Positions 20,235 through 30,361 are shown, counted from the first letter of the stretch. The stretch: DNA of 61,603 bases from a virus (IMGVR_UViG_3300030090_000470:1-61603); one strand, 5' to 3'. A program made the numbers and translations. The notes: generated by a model from the letters alone, not told the origin.

Positions 20235-21854
20235 TTAAGTACCAAACTCTTCTTCGAAAATACTATCATAATCGTTAGTTGTACTTGTATCTGTTGGCGT
20301 AACGACTCCCATAGTATCATAAAGTTCTAAACCGAATCCTGGACGTCTTTGTGAAAAAGTTTTAAATTCATATGTTCCTATATTTTCTGGGTATAAATAT
20401 ACATTGTTTGCATCAGTAGGAATTATATAATACGGATTGTAATAACTTTGTATAACTGGATTATTACTAATATCTCCTGCAAATCTAGGATAAGCTTGTT
20501 GTAAAGCAATATTAAGTTCATCGTCTACTCCGTCCATACTTTGTTTCATAAACGCCATAAGGTTTTTCTTAAGAACTCTAGGGTTAGTTGTTTGACCTAA
20601 ACCTACTATTTCTAAATGGTAGGCTAAATCTTTATCAGAAAGTGTTCTACCTGTTTGTCCGTTAATAGCAGCAGCAGTATAACCTAGTTGTAAAAATTGC
20701 GACCTTAACCTGACATCGTTATACACAGTTTTATCCATTTTATCACGTAATGTATACCCATAAGAATCTTGTGATATTTTATCGAATGCTGCTAATGCTT
20801 TTTCTTGTCTAGCTATAGCTTCTTTATTTGTAGGGTCTTTTATAACTGCTTGTGTTGCATTATATAATTCCTCTGCAATTAAACCTGTGCCCTCTCTACC
20901 GACACCTCCAGATTGTCCAGCACCAAAATCGTCAACATTACCGAATAATCTACCTTCTCGACCGAGCAGTTGAGAAACGTTATTAAATTCAATCCTAGCT
21001 CTATCACCTATACCTACCATAGCTGTTGTTAATGTATTTGGAGTTAAATCACCTTCACCAATACTATCAAGTGTTTCTATAGTGCTTTGAACAACATTAT
21101 TAAAACCTATAAGTGCTCTTTCTTTTTCATCAAAAGGGTCTAAAATATCTTTTAATGCTTTAGCATTAGGGTCTTCAGGCGGACTTATATCTTTAGTTGT
21201 TGATGTTTGTTTTAGATAGTTCGGACCTGCAGGGGTATATGAACCGTCTGGTAATAATAGTTCTAATGCACCTGTTCTTGAATTTTCTCTAGCTGATACA
21301 GTAGCGTACATACCTAGTGCTGCTGCATTTTTATCTACTGCATTTACAAAATCATATGTATCAGGTTTTAAATATTCTTTTATTAATTGACCTCTTGATT
21401 TATTTACAGCAGTATCACGTGCATCTTCTGCTCCTCTTAGTGACAGAGCTGACCGAACATACGCAGGAGCCCCTCTACCCATTTGCGAAGCAGCTACTAA
21501 ATCAACTATATCCATTCCTCTAAAACCACCAACTTCTCTCTGTGGACCATATGCTGTATATGCTGCTAATTGTGCCTCACCACTTCTGCTAGGATTTTTA
21601 GGGTCTTCACCAATACTTTCATAAAATTTTTCAGCCGTCATTAAAGGCTCTGATTTACCTTTAAAAAGTTCTGCTGCACCTCTTAAAAATAATGGAGCTA
21701 TACCACCTAATTTTTCTTTTGTTGTTGGTTCAGGTGCTCTACGCAGTGGTGGTCTGGCGGTGGGAAATGCTGTTCTTACTTGTGGTATTTGAATAGGTTG
21801 TATACCCCCTATACCTTGTTTACCGCCAAATGTTGGAAATGGTGCAAATTTCAT
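20235..21854 (-). CDS. Putative internal/ejection protein
   Basis: 539 aa; GRTLSDKD motif near the C-terminus as in podoviral ejection proteins. Confidence 0.5.
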   Translation of the reverse strand: MKFAPFPTFGGKQGIGGIQPIQIPQVRTAFPTARPPLRRAPEPTTKEKLGGIAPLFLRGAAELFKGKSEPLMTAEKFYESIGEDPKNPSRSGEAQLAAYTAYGPQREVGGFRGMDIVDLVAASQMGRGAPAYVRSALSLRGAEDARDTAVNKSRGQLIKEYLKPDTYDFVNAVDKNAAALGMYATVSARENSRTGALELLLPDGSYTPAGPNYLKQTSTTKDISPPEDPNAKALKDILDPFDEKERALIGFNNVVQSTIETLDSIGEGDLTPNTLTTAMVGIGDRARIEFNNVSQLLGREGRLFGNVDDFGAGQSGGVGREGTGLIAEELYNATQAVIKDPTNKEAIARQEKALAAFDKISQDSYGYTLRDKMDKTVYNDVRLRSQFLQLGYTAAAINGQTGRTLSDKDLAYHLEIVGLGQTTNPRVLKKNLMAFMKQSMDGVDDELNIALQQAYPRFAGDISNNPVIQSYYNPYYIIPTDANNVYLYPENIGTYEFKTFSQRRPGFGLELYDTMGVVTPTDTSTTNDYDSIFEEEFGT

Positions 21855-21857
21855 AAA

Positions 21858-22925
21858 TTAACTCATCATGAAGTTAGGAAACCCACCACCGAATCCTGGA
21901 AACATAAAATTACCTATACCACCAGGAGGCATTCCTGTTGGTGGTGTTCCTGTTGGTGGTGTTCCTGTTGGTGGTGTGTATGGTGTTTGTTGAAAAGGTA
22001 AAGACATATTACCTATGCCCGTATAACTTGGTGAAAAACTGTTAGGTGTATAAGCTGTGCCTGTTGCAGGTGTTGCACCTGCATAACCATAACCACCTGC
22101 TAACGGTCCTAAAGAAGCTGTTAACGAGCCAAGATTCTGTACTAATTGCATAGGTAAATTATATTGACCTGTAAAGTTTTGATACGCTAAATCCATTAAT
22201 GATTGACTTCTACCTCTACCTAAACCACCTAAACCCATAGTACGACTTATATCTTGTCCTTGTAATGCAGGAAGTGTTTGTGCTAAATTTTGAAAATTTC
22301 TACCTAATCCTGCTAATGCACCTGCACCTTGTAAACCTCTACGTTGTGCTTGTTCGAAAGCATTTGATGCAAGTTGCGAAGCTTGACCAAAACCACCACT
22401 TCTTATTTTACCGACTGCTTCTGCTGCACCTCTACCTGTAGCTCTAGCTAGTTCATTTTGTGCTACACGACCTCTAGAACCTCCGAAAGCTCCTTGACTA
22501 ACAGCTCTATCACGTAAGCCAATATCTGATTTTGCAAATCCTCTATTAATATCTTCTAAAGTTTGGTCTACAACTGCATCTTCAAAAGGGTTATAAAATT
22601 GGTCAATCATACTCGGGTCAAACTGTCCCGTACTACCACGAGTCATAGCACCTGCTTGATTTAATAAATCTGCAGAAGCACCTAAATATGGTCTATAACT
22701 ACCAATAGCACTATCAGATAGTTGCATAGCTAATCTTTCTCTAGGGTCAAAATCAGCTACCCTTTGTCCTGTATAAGTAAACGGACTACTATCTTCCGTG
22801 CCTAAATTCGCAAACTGGTCTTTAAAATATTGCGTCGCATACGGGAATATAGTTTGTGATAATAAATCACCTATATACCCTGCGGGGGCTTGACTGGAAT
22901 ATTCTTGTTCTTCTCTACTAGCCAT
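21858..22925 (-). CDS. Putative DNA-transfer/pilot (ejection) protein
   Basis: YTGQRVA.F, FYNPF...VV, GAFGGSR, G/A/Q-rich. Confidence 0.65.
   Translation of the reverse strand: MASREEQEYSSQAPAGYIGDLLSQTIFPYATQYFKDQFANLGTEDSSPFTYTGQRVADFDPRERLAMQLSDSAIGSYRPYLGASADLLNQAGAMTRGSTGQFDPSMIDQFYNPFEDAVVDQTLEDINRGFAKSDIGLRDRAVSQGAFGGSRGRVAQNELARATGRGAAEAVGKIRSGGFGQASQLASNAFEQAQRRGLQGAGALAGLGRNFQNLAQTLPALQGQDISRTMGLGGLGRGRSQSLMDLAYQNFTGQYNLPMQLVQNLGSLTASLGPLAGGYGYAGATPATGTAYTPNSFSPSYTGIGNMSLPFQQTPYTPPTGTPPTGTPPTGMPPGGIGNFMFPGFGGGFPNFMMS
21932..21977. repeat. 3 x 15-bp tandem repeat encoding TPPTG
   Basis: TTCCTGTTGGTGGTG units. Confidence 0.85.
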
Positions 22926-23703
22926 ACATTCTATTTCCTTTATTATTTAATTTTTCTAATGTTTTTATACCTTTATTATGATTACCACCACCAACTAAAT
23001 CGACCGTAGCTTTAGATAACATAAATTCACCATCACTAGCCATAATCGGTATTAGGTCATCTTTGGGTCCTCCTGGACCATCGAGTTCACCACCACCTAA
23101 CATGGGTTTGAACATTTCTCTATTTAGAACTTCATCTGGGTCACCACCGTCTTTCATACCTATGGGGTCGAACTGAAGCCGTCTTCTATTAGCATTGCCT
23201 GCAGGTAATGTTCTTGTACTAACTATGCTACCTTTAGGTTCCTCACGCTTTTTTATTAAAGCTAATAAACCACTAGATAAAATATCATCAATATTATCTT
23301 GAACTTCTTCGGATTGATTTTCATAAAAACTTTTTAAATCAAATATGGGGTCCATATTATTTAAAAGACCGAAACCAAAAATACCCCCTCCATCTTGATA
23401 TTTATGAACATCACCGCCATGATACATACCCATAATGCCATCTTGGTTTTGTTGTAATAATTGCATTATAGCTTCTTCGTCTGAATCTGTCATAGCACCA
23501 CTTTTTTCTTTTTGCGATGCATCTTCTGGTGAGGTAACTTTTGTGCCTAAAATTTCTTGTATCTCTAAAGGTATACCTGAATCTAAAGTAGGAGCAGTAC
23601 CACTACCTATAGGGGTTTTTTGTTCAGGTGCTCTTTTACGATTTATCTCGCCTATTAAAGCACCACCTAGAACATTAATTGCTAGGTTTGTCAAAAAACT
23701 CAT
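22918..23703 (-). CDS. Putative virion protein with GPG..KDD.IP.M.SDGEF motif
   Basis: Motif common in phage tail and internal proteins; MxxGG repeats. Confidence 0.6.
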   Translation of the reverse strand: MSFLTNLAINVLGGALIGEINRKRAPEQKTPIGSGTAPTLDSGIPLEIQEILGTKVTSPEDASQKEKSGAMTDSDEEAIMQLLQQNQDGIMGMYHGGDVHKYQDGGGIFGFGLLNNMDPIFDLKSFYENQSEEVQDNIDDILSSGLLALIKKREEPKGSIVSTRTLPAGNANRRRLQFDPIGMKDGGDPDEVLNREMFKPMLGGGELDGPGGPKDDLIPIMASDGEFMLSKATVDLVGGGNHNKGIKTLEKLNNKGNRMYG

Positions 23704-23733
23704 ACTAAATGTCTCCTTTTGACTGATTATATA

Positions 23734-25467
23734 TCAAAAAGTATATATTATTAAAGGTTTTTCTTTACCTTTTACTTTTATAGGTTTTACTGATTTTAGG
23801 TGATGACCGCAATATTTTTCAGTTTCTTCACCTATTAGTATGTTTACACCTGCTTCTTTTGTAGCTGATTCTAGTCTAGCAGCAGTATTTACAGCATCTC
23901 CGATAGCACTATAATCGAACCTTGTATCACTACCCATATTACCAATTACAGCTTCTCCTGTATTTACACCAACACCTATAGCCACTCCTATATTAGCTTT
24001 TTCTATATTTTCTTGTATTTCTTTAGCACATTCTACAGCCACCTGTTCATGGTGTGGTAAATCTAATGGTGCATTAAATATAGCCATCATTGCATCACCG
24101 ATATATTTATCGACCATACCATTGTATTTTTTGACAGCCTCTGATTGTATCGTAAGTGCTTTATTCATTATTTTAGTAACTTCTTCAGGTTCTAATTTTT
24201 CAGATAATGCAGTAAACCCTCTAACATCAGTAAATAAAAAAGTACATCTTCTTTTTTCTCCACCTAGTTTTAATAAATTTGGGTCTTTTTGTAAACGTTT
24301 TACTTGTCGTGGGTCTAAATAATGTTCAAACTGTTTCTTAATTTGTAAACGTAATTTATATTGTTCTCTGAATCTAAGGTAAAAAGCCACACTACCTGAG
24401 ATAAATTGACTTATTAAAGACCAAGTTACATCTATTAAAACACCTGTACCTATCGTATAAGCCCCGTATAAGCCCGTTAAAGCCATAGTTAATAAACCTA
24501 AGGTTATGCCCCAAGTTATTCCTAAATAGCTTATAAACGCCCATACTAGCCCCACAGATACTAAAAATATAAATAGTTCTACTGATAAAGCGTAATCGGG
24601 TATATAAGGGCTATTTTGTATAAGTATCGATTCTGCTAATGCTGCTTGTATTTTATGTGGCTCAACTAATCCAACGGGAGTTGCTATTTGCGGCATAACA
24701 CCATTAGCAGTAACACCAACAAAAACAAACTTACCGTTTACATTCATTTCTTGTAAATCTGTTTCTTCTGTTTCTACCCATGATATCCATTTACGACCGA
24801 AGCTATCTGTTTTCACAGGTGGTAATCCTCTAACTGCTATTTCTTGTACACCGTTATCATTAGTGGTAACTATATATGTAGGTGTATCTGTTAGTATTTT
24901 TAATACTTGCGTTCCGAATGAAGCCGACCAACCGTCAGGCGTTTTTAATAAGAGAGGGATTCTTCTGACAAGTTGGTCAACTTCTGTAGGTGCAATAGCA
25001 ATACCTTGTGGTATATCATCATACTTATTATAATTTTGTTTTATTCCTGAAGAAAGTATACCACCAACATCAGGTCCTCTAATAACAGTGCCTGTGGTTT
25101 TAGGATATTTACCACTACCATTTTCGAAAGTAGCTAAAACACTAGGAGCATAACCTAATGAACTAGCAAATCTTGCATCTCCTCCCATTCTATCTGCTTG
25201 TGGAAAAGATATTACCCAACCAACACCCATAGCTCCTGCACCTAATAATTCTATTTGTATATCAGCTAAGCGTTCTCTAGGCAATGGATAACCGCCTTCT
25301 TTTTCTACATCTTCTTCTGTTATATTCAGTATTACAAAGTTGCCGCTAGGCTCAGGTGTTTTGATAAATGCATCAAAAGTTTTAAGTTTCAATATTTCTG
25401 TTGGGGTGCTTTGAAATATTAAAGGCACGGCTAATAATGGTAATAATAAAAGTATTAGTTTTTTCAT
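23734..25467 (-). CDS. CHASE2-domain membrane class III adenylate/guanylate cyclase
   Basis: N-terminal TM, CHASE2-like P.PR..LA region, 3 TM helices, FTDVRGFT, DKYIGDA, GVNTG, GDAVNTAARLES. Confidence 0.92.
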   Translation of the reverse strand: MKKLILLLLPLLAVPLIFQSTPTEILKLKTFDAFIKTPEPSGNFVILNITEEDVEKEGGYPLPRERLADIQIELLGAGAMGVGWVISFPQADRMGGDARFASSLGYAPSVLATFENGSGKYPKTTGTVIRGPDVGGILSSGIKQNYNKYDDIPQGIAIAPTEVDQLVRRIPLLLKTPDGWSASFGTQVLKILTDTPTYIVTTNDNGVQEIAVRGLPPVKTDSFGRKWISWVETEETDLQEMNVNGKFVFVGVTANGVMPQIATPVGLVEPHKIQAALAESILIQNSPYIPDYALSVELFIFLVSVGLVWAFISYLGITWGITLGLLTMALTGLYGAYTIGTGVLIDVTWSLISQFISGSVAFYLRFREQYKLRLQIKKQFEHYLDPRQVKRLQKDPNLLKLGGEKRRCTFLFTDVRGFTALSEKLEPEEVTKIMNKALTIQSEAVKKYNGMVDKYIGDAMMAIFNAPLDLPHHEQVAVECAKEIQENIEKANIGVAIGVGVNTGEAVIGNMGSDTRFDYSAIGDAVNTAARLESATKEAGVNILIGEETEKYCGHHLKSVKPIKVKGKEKPLIIYTF

Positions 25468-26579
25468 CCGCTACCTTGTCTTATGGTAATAGTAGAATCA
25501 CCACCACCATTTATTTTTATTATATTAGAAACACCGTCTTGTATCAAAATAACTGTATAACCAGCACCAGAATTTAAATCGACCTGAGCCGACTCACTAA
25601 CTTTTCTACGTAAACTAACAGTTTGTCCTGTTACTATCGTTGTTATTTGCGTATCAGAATCTTGTCCTATCGACGTACCTGTTATATTTATACCCGTAGC
25701 TAATGCTAATTGGTCTTCTTCGTCTTCTATAGCTAAAGCATCAAGAACATTTAATAAATCTTCTAAAAAATTAACATCGAGATAATTAATATCTAATTCT
25801 GTAAATTCTAAACTATTATCTTCTAAAAAATCTTCTGCTAAATAATCTATATCTAAATCATTAAAATCTAGTAAGTTAACTGTTTTAGTGCTTGCTGTTT
25901 CTTCTTGTAAAACATCGTCTTCTTGAGGCGGAGATACTATAAGCATATTATCAATAATATCTAGTGATAAATCTAATATCACAGGTTTACTGGGTGCGTT
26001 TTCGAACACATCAACAGTTGTAGCTTGATATGGTTTATTTAATAGAACACTTCCTGTAGCTGTTACTACTTCTATTTCGCCACTAGATAGTCCTAATGCA
26101 TCAGGTAATAAAATTATTAAACTACGCCCTAGCTCATCTACGGTAGCAGTAAAATCAGTCCCACGAATCGCAATATTTGCAGTGGGAGTAGTAAGTTTTA
26201 TATTTTGTTTATCTATACGGTTTAGATTACCTGTAATGAATCTAGCTGTGCCTAAAGCAAAGTTAAGGGACATTTTTGATTTACTAGGGTCTGGGTCATA
26301 GATATACTCATCTATAAGAAGTTGAGAGTGTTCAGTAAGTTTTACTATTGATTTATCTAAAAAAGTAATAGCCATACGACCATTAGTCGTTATAGCTTCA
26401 TCATTACTTTGAATAGCGAATTGTAAATTAGCGTCGTAAGATTTATCTCTTACTATTTGAGCAGAGCCGTTAAGTTCAGATATATCTCCGATATCAACAG
26501 CTTGTGCTTGTGCCTTGGTCGTTTTGAATGACACAAACAGTGCCACTATTACCGCTAGACAGAATCTTGAGCCAATCAT
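25464..26579 (-). CDS. Secreted FecR-domain protein
   Basis: Signal peptide; I.T.NGR..I.F.D.S...L.E.S.L, TPTA.IAIRGTDF; acidic C-terminal half. Confidence 0.85.
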   Translation of the reverse strand: MIGSRFCLAVIVALFVSFKTTKAQAQAVDIGDISELNGSAQIVRDKSYDANLQFAIQSNDEAITTNGRMAITFLDKSIVKLTEHSQLLIDEYIYDPDPSKSKMSLNFALGTARFITGNLNRIDKQNIKLTTPTANIAIRGTDFTATVDELGRSLIILLPDALGLSSGEIEVVTATGSVLLNKPYQATTVDVFENAPSKPVILDLSLDIIDNMLIVSPPQEDDVLQEETASTKTVNLLDFNDLDIDYLAEDFLEDNSLEFTELDINYLDVNFLEDLLNVLDALAIEDEEDQLALATGINITGTSIGQDSDTQITTIVTGQTVSLRRKVSESAQVDLNSGAGYTVILIQDGVSNIIKINGGGDSTITIRQGSG

Positions 26580-27198
26580 TATCTAATGTACTTGATTGTG
26601 TAATGTTAAATGTTCTAGAGTTACCTGTTTGGTCTAAGTAAAAATAACCCCCCGCATAACCAGAACCTGTAAAATTGACTGTATTACTATCACCGTCCAC
26701 ATCTACATAAGAAGTACCGCCGTCATAATTTATATCGAAATCGAAAGTATTTCCATCGCCTTGAATAATCCAATCTAAATCTAATGTTGCAGCTAATGCA
26801 GTTGTTCCATGGTCTAAAGTGAATGTATTAGTACTGCCAGTAACGTTTACGTTGTAATTAGAGTTGTCTATACCATATGTATTTGTTGGGTCACCCTGTA
26901 TAGTAAATGTATTACTATCTCCATCAAACTCAAAAAAGCCTGTGATAGAATCTCCTAGAATATCGCCTAGAAATTTGTTTGTATCCCCTAACTGGTTTAT
27001 ATCAAGAGTTAATGAAATACCGTCTAAATCTAACGCAGTCAAAGAGCCTGCAGAAGAATTAAGACCGCCAATAATATTACCTGAACCAAGTTGTTCTAAA
27101 TCAATATTAGCTGTTGCCCCTGATTGGTCGACATATATCTCATTATCAGCAGCAAAAACTAATGTTGAAATTAATAATAAACTAATTAATATTTTCAT
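26494..27198 (-). CDS. Secreted curlin-like beta-repeat protein
   Basis: Signal peptide MKILISLLL..VFA; repeats DQSG, EQLGSGN, NQLGDTN, IQGDGN, DQTGNS; follows csgG. Confidence 0.65.
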   Translation of the reverse strand: MKILISLLLISTLVFAADNEIYVDQSGATANIDLEQLGSGNIIGGLNSSAGSLTALDLDGISLTLDINQLGDTNKFLGDILGDSITGFFEFDGDSNTFTIQGDPTNTYGIDNSNYNVNVTGSTNTFTLDHGTTALAATLDLDWIIQGDGNTFDFDINYDGGTSYVDVDGDSNTVNFTGSGYAGGYFYLDQTGNSRTFNITQSSTLDNDWLKILSSGNSGTVCVIQNDQGTSTSC

Positions 27199-28003
27199 CA
27201 ATTTCCTCCCAGAAACTTTTATCATACCCTATTTTGACGATTTGCAAAACAGCTTCTTCTATAGCTCGTTGTAAAGCTAATGTTGCAGGTTCGTTTTCGG
27301 CGTCTCCTGTTTCTATTTCCACAAGTTCTGTGCCTGCTTCAATAAACTTAAAAACGTCTTGAGACTGACCATAACTATATAATTGTTTACTAACTAAAAC
27401 GTCTATTAAAACTTCTCCTGTCGCTACAGATACCATACGTAAAGCTACTGTAATATTGTCTACTCTATATTGTTTACTTGTTCCTATACCTAAATATCTA
27501 GCTCCGATACCTCCACTTTGAATATTTGTATCAAAACCAATAACGGCTCCTTCCATCAACACGCCTGCAAAAAGCAAAGGCATAATGGGTTTAGGTCCAT
27601 CAGTTTTTTCGTTTTGTTCTCTAGCGGAACGTATTAATTGTCTTTCTTTCGTTAAATTATCAAGACCAACTCTTTCAGCTACTCTGAAAAACTTTCCATT
27701 AGACGTATGTTTTAAACTTCTAATAAGTAGGTGGCTTGGTGCTTGCGTAAGTGCTGTGGAAAATAAAGCAAATTCACTGTTACTTTTACGCTGACCTGTT
27801 TGGTCTGTAAAACTATTAGGATAAACAGCAACAACAATAGGAACTTTAGGCTGTGCTATATTTAATAATTCTTCGGATTGGATTTCTAAAATAGTCGGTA
27901 AAGTTTTACCTTGTTGTATAGTAGTATCTACAGGAGCTAAGCTGCAACTAGAAAGAAAAATCGCCAACAGGCAACTGTATCTCGGTAATATTTCCATCAG
28001 CAT
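27182..28003 (-). CDS. csgG: Curli secretion channel CsgG family lipoprotein
   Basis: Lipobox LSSC; VAVY..F.DQTGQRK, FSTA.TQ, F.VAER.GLDNL.KERQLIR, PLLFAG, GGIGARYLGIG. Confidence 0.92.
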   Translation of the reverse strand: MLMEILPRYSCLLAIFLSSCSLAPVDTTIQQGKTLPTILEIQSEELLNIAQPKVPIVVAVYPNSFTDQTGQRKSNSEFALFSTALTQAPSHLLIRSLKHTSNGKFFRVAERVGLDNLTKERQLIRSAREQNEKTDGPKPIMPLLFAGVLMEGAVIGFDTNIQSGGIGARYLGIGTSKQYRVDNITVALRMVSVATGEVLIDVLVSKQLYSYGQSQDVFKFIEAGTELVEIETGDAENEPATLALQRAIEEAVLQIVKIGYDKSFWEEIDENIN

Positions 28004-28433
28004 CTGTTATTTTGAGAGTTATGATTCCATTTTCAATACTATATTCTATAGTGTTTCCCTCTAGGGTCAAAGTCCCTTCTGTGCTAGGAGTTTCTCCGAA
28101 TAAATTTTCTACTAATTGTCTTGATAATTGTGCATAGATTCGTGACTCAAGATTCCTTATAAATCTAGCTAATGTAGTATTTTCTTTATCTCTTTCTATT
28201 TGTTCTTGTATAGCTTTTAATTCTTCTTTGATACTCATTTTACGATTAAACTCTTGATTTTCTATCGTTAAATAATGTGAAGAAGTATTAATACCATTGA
28301 AAGAAGGGTTTTTAAATTTATGAACTATTTGGTCAGCCCATAAAGGGTTTGTTAAAACTACAAGAAAAAAGAAAATACCAAGCAAGCCTGCTATCTTATA
28401 AATCCACGTATTATCAGTCTTTTCTTTGGTCAT
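27948..28433 (-). CDS. csgF: Curli assembly protein CsgF family
   Basis: Signal peptide then HKFKNPSFNG (cf. CsgF FQFRNPNFGG); F..NLESRI..QLS. Confidence 0.8.
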   Translation of the reverse strand: MTKEKTDNTWIYKIAGLLGIFFFLVVLTNPLWADQIVHKFKNPSFNGINTSSHYLTIENQEFNRKMSIKEELKAIQEQIERDKENTTLARFIRNLESRIYAQLSRQLVENLFGETPSTEGTLTLEGNTIEYSIENGIITLKITDADGNITEIQLPVGDFSF

Positions 28434-28764
28434 CTCTTTTTGCTTTAGCTATTTTACTACTATCTATTAAATTAGGTACTCCAAGTATAGTCTTAATTAA
28501 GGTATCTTGTCTAATTATTTCATTGTCTAAACTACGTACTCTATCTATTAAGGCTACTAATATACCATGTTGTGTATCTAATTTAGTACCTAATCTTTCT
28601 TCTATGGCGTTTATCTGACCTGCTACTTTTTCGTCAACAACATCTAATTTTTGTTCCATGCCGTCAACAATACGTATTACTAATTTATATATAAACCAAC
28701 CAAGACCTATTGCCGCTGCTATAGGAAAACCAACCTCTTGTATAAGTGTTACAGCTTGTTCCAT
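28414..28764 (-). CDS. Small membrane protein with coiled coil (holin-like)
   Basis: VGFPIAAAIGLGWFIY single TM followed by a coiled coil. Confidence 0.55.
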   Translation of the reverse strand: MEQAVTLIQEVGFPIAAAIGLGWFIYKLVIRIVDGMEQKLDVVDEKVAGQINAIEERLGTKLDTQHGILVALIDRVRSLDNEIIRQDTLIKTILGVPNLIDSSKIAKAKRDDQRKD

Positions 28765-29144
28765 TAATAATCACCCCAGACTTTAGTTTTCTTTCCTCCA
28801 TCATATTCCACAGCATGACCTTCTTTAATTAAAACATCGCATATATCTCTACCGTCTTCTGTATATGGGATGCCTAGAATACGACCATATTTACCTTTAC
28901 CTAAAGATTTGACCTGTATTTTACCAAGACATAATTCTTTTAACCTTTCTTTAGCAGCAAGACCTAACTTCTTTTCAGCTAAATCTCTTGTTCTACTTTC
29001 AGGCGTATCTATGCCTGCTAATCTAACACGCTGTTTATGTAATTTTACATCAAAACCTAAATCTAATGTGCAGTCGAATGTGTCGCCGTCAACAATACGT
29101 TCTAACGTTGCGTTATAAACAAACGATTCTGGTGCTTTAGCCAT
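28764..29144 (-). CDS. Thermonuclease (SNase-like) family nuclease
   Basis: VDGDT, RVRLAGIDTPE, GKYGR.LG. Confidence 0.9.
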   Translation of the reverse strand: MAKAPESFVYNATLERIVDGDTFDCTLDLGFDVKLHKQRVRLAGIDTPESRTRDLAEKKLGLAAKERLKELCLGKIQVKSLGKGKYGRILGIPYTEDGRDICDVLIKEGHAVEYDGGKKTKVWGDY

Positions 29145-29444
29145 TTAACACTTCCACCTTCTACGAGCTTGTCTAATTCTTGAATTAGGGTCATTTCTGG
29201 TTTTTGCAGAACTTCTTTTAAGTTGCCCTAAAGACCTTGCACAATAAGATTTTCTACGTTTTGCTGCCTTACTGCCTTTTTTAACTTTACCTGTTACAGC
29301 TCCTTTTAATTTACTTCCAGGATTAGCTTTCCTATAAGCTCTAATTCCTTTTTTGGTCATTCCTGCCCCAGATTTTGTAGGTCGATAATTACCACCTTTT
29401 CCTGTTGTTCTTCTTATAGCTTTAGCTTTTTTTCTTTTTGCCAC
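29145..29444 (-). CDS. Small K/R-rich protein
   Basis: GTG start after SD AGGAGGA; NPGSKLK, RRKSYCARS, RRRWKC. Confidence 0.75.
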   Translation of the reverse strand: MAKRKKAKAIRRTTGKGGNYRPTKSGAGMTKKGIRAYRKANPGSKLKGAVTGKVKKGSKAAKRRKSYCARSLGQLKRSSAKTRNDPNSRIRQARRRWKC

Positions 29445-29727
29445 GAGTCCTCCTTTTCTTAACAAATGTTCTTACGTTTGTTGGCTTACCGCCAGGATTA
29501 CCAGCTGCTCTTTTTCTTCTTACAGCACTAGCTCGTTGTGAAGCTGTCATACTTCTAGCTTTACTACGTGGAACACATTTCGGGTATTTACGTTTACTTT
29601 TACCTTTAGCAGATTTTCTACCGCATTTTTGAAACTTACCTTTTTTCTTAGGAGCACCTATATCTACCCAATCACCTTTAGGACCTTTACCAAACCATGC
29701 GGTTAGACCTCCTTTGGGCTTAGCCAC
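29422..29727 (-). CDS. Small K/R-rich protein
   Basis: GGLTAWF, WVDI, CGR, YPKCVP motifs. Confidence 0.75.
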   Translation of the reverse strand: MAKPKGGLTAWFGKGPKGDWVDIGAPKKKGKFQKCGRKSAKGKSKRKYPKCVPRSKARSMTASQRASAVRRKRAAGNPGGKPTNVRTFVKKRRTRGKKKKS

Positions 29728-30022
29728 GTTTCTTCCTCGCTTTTCTTATAGCTTCTTTACCTTTTTTAAATATACTAACTACTTGCGTTTTGCCCATTAC
29801 TTTTGCTCTTTGTTCCCCAACAGTAAGTATTTGTATTTTTCTTGCAAAAGGTTTACTAACTCTTTTGACTTTTGCGACTGTTGCTCTAGCGTCTGCAGGA
29901 GTAGCGAATTTAATACGTACTGTGTCTTTGGGGTTTTCATCGGTATATAATCTTCTTCCACTTCCTTTAGGTTTTTTACCAGTGCCTTTTTTAGGGTCTT
30001 TTTTACGTTTACTTTTTGCCAC
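29720..30022 (-). CDS. Small K/R-rich protein
   Basis: DPK.GTGKKPKGSGRRLYTDENPKDTV motif. Confidence 0.75.
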   Translation of the reverse strand: MAKSKRKKDPKKGTGKKPKGSGRRLYTDENPKDTVRIKFATPADARATVAKVKRVSKPFARKIQILTVGEQRAKVMGKTQVVSIFKKGKEAIRKARKKRG

Positions 30023-30167
30023 GTTTTTTAGTTCCTTTTCTAGCTTTTTTCATTTGAGCTGCAGTAGGTGCACCTTTAGCACCTTTCTTTCGCATTTTTT
30101 CACCAGAACCTGCTTTAATTCTTTTACGTTTAGCATGTATATTAGCCCATAAGCCTCTTCTCGCCAT
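30009..30167 (-). CDS. 52-aa basic protein, absent from the ORF track
   Basis: MARRGLWANIHAKRKRIKAGSGEKMRKKGAKGAPT...; TAATG coupling to the upstream gene. Confidence 0.8.
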   Translation of the reverse strand: MARRGLWANIHAKRKRIKAGSGEKMRKKGAKGAPTAAQMKKARKGTKKRGKK

Positions 30168-30361
30168 TACCTATAACCTCCGCCACGCTTTTTGTAAGTT
30201 CTTACTAGCCACCCATTAGCATACGCACTGGGATAGACCTTAAACTTTCGTTTAGCTTCGGCTTTTACTCTAGCATATAAACTAGGGTTAGTAGGTGTAG
30301 CACCCTTCTTTTTCTTTTTCTTAGTAGTTTTCTTTTTTGCTTTAGTTGGTTTTCTAGGCAT
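30167..30361 (-). CDS. Small K-rich protein
   Basis: PTNPSLYARVK..AK.KF.VYPSAYANGW. Confidence 0.75.
   Translation of the reverse strand: MPRKPTKAKKKTTKKKKKKGATPTNPSLYARVKAEAKRKFKVYPSAYANGWLVRTYKKRGGGYR

Noticed and set aside
23734-25467. Pycsar/CBASS-type defence cyclase
   Set aside because: CHASE2 plus TM architecture and purine-type specificity residues; no cognate effector adjacent
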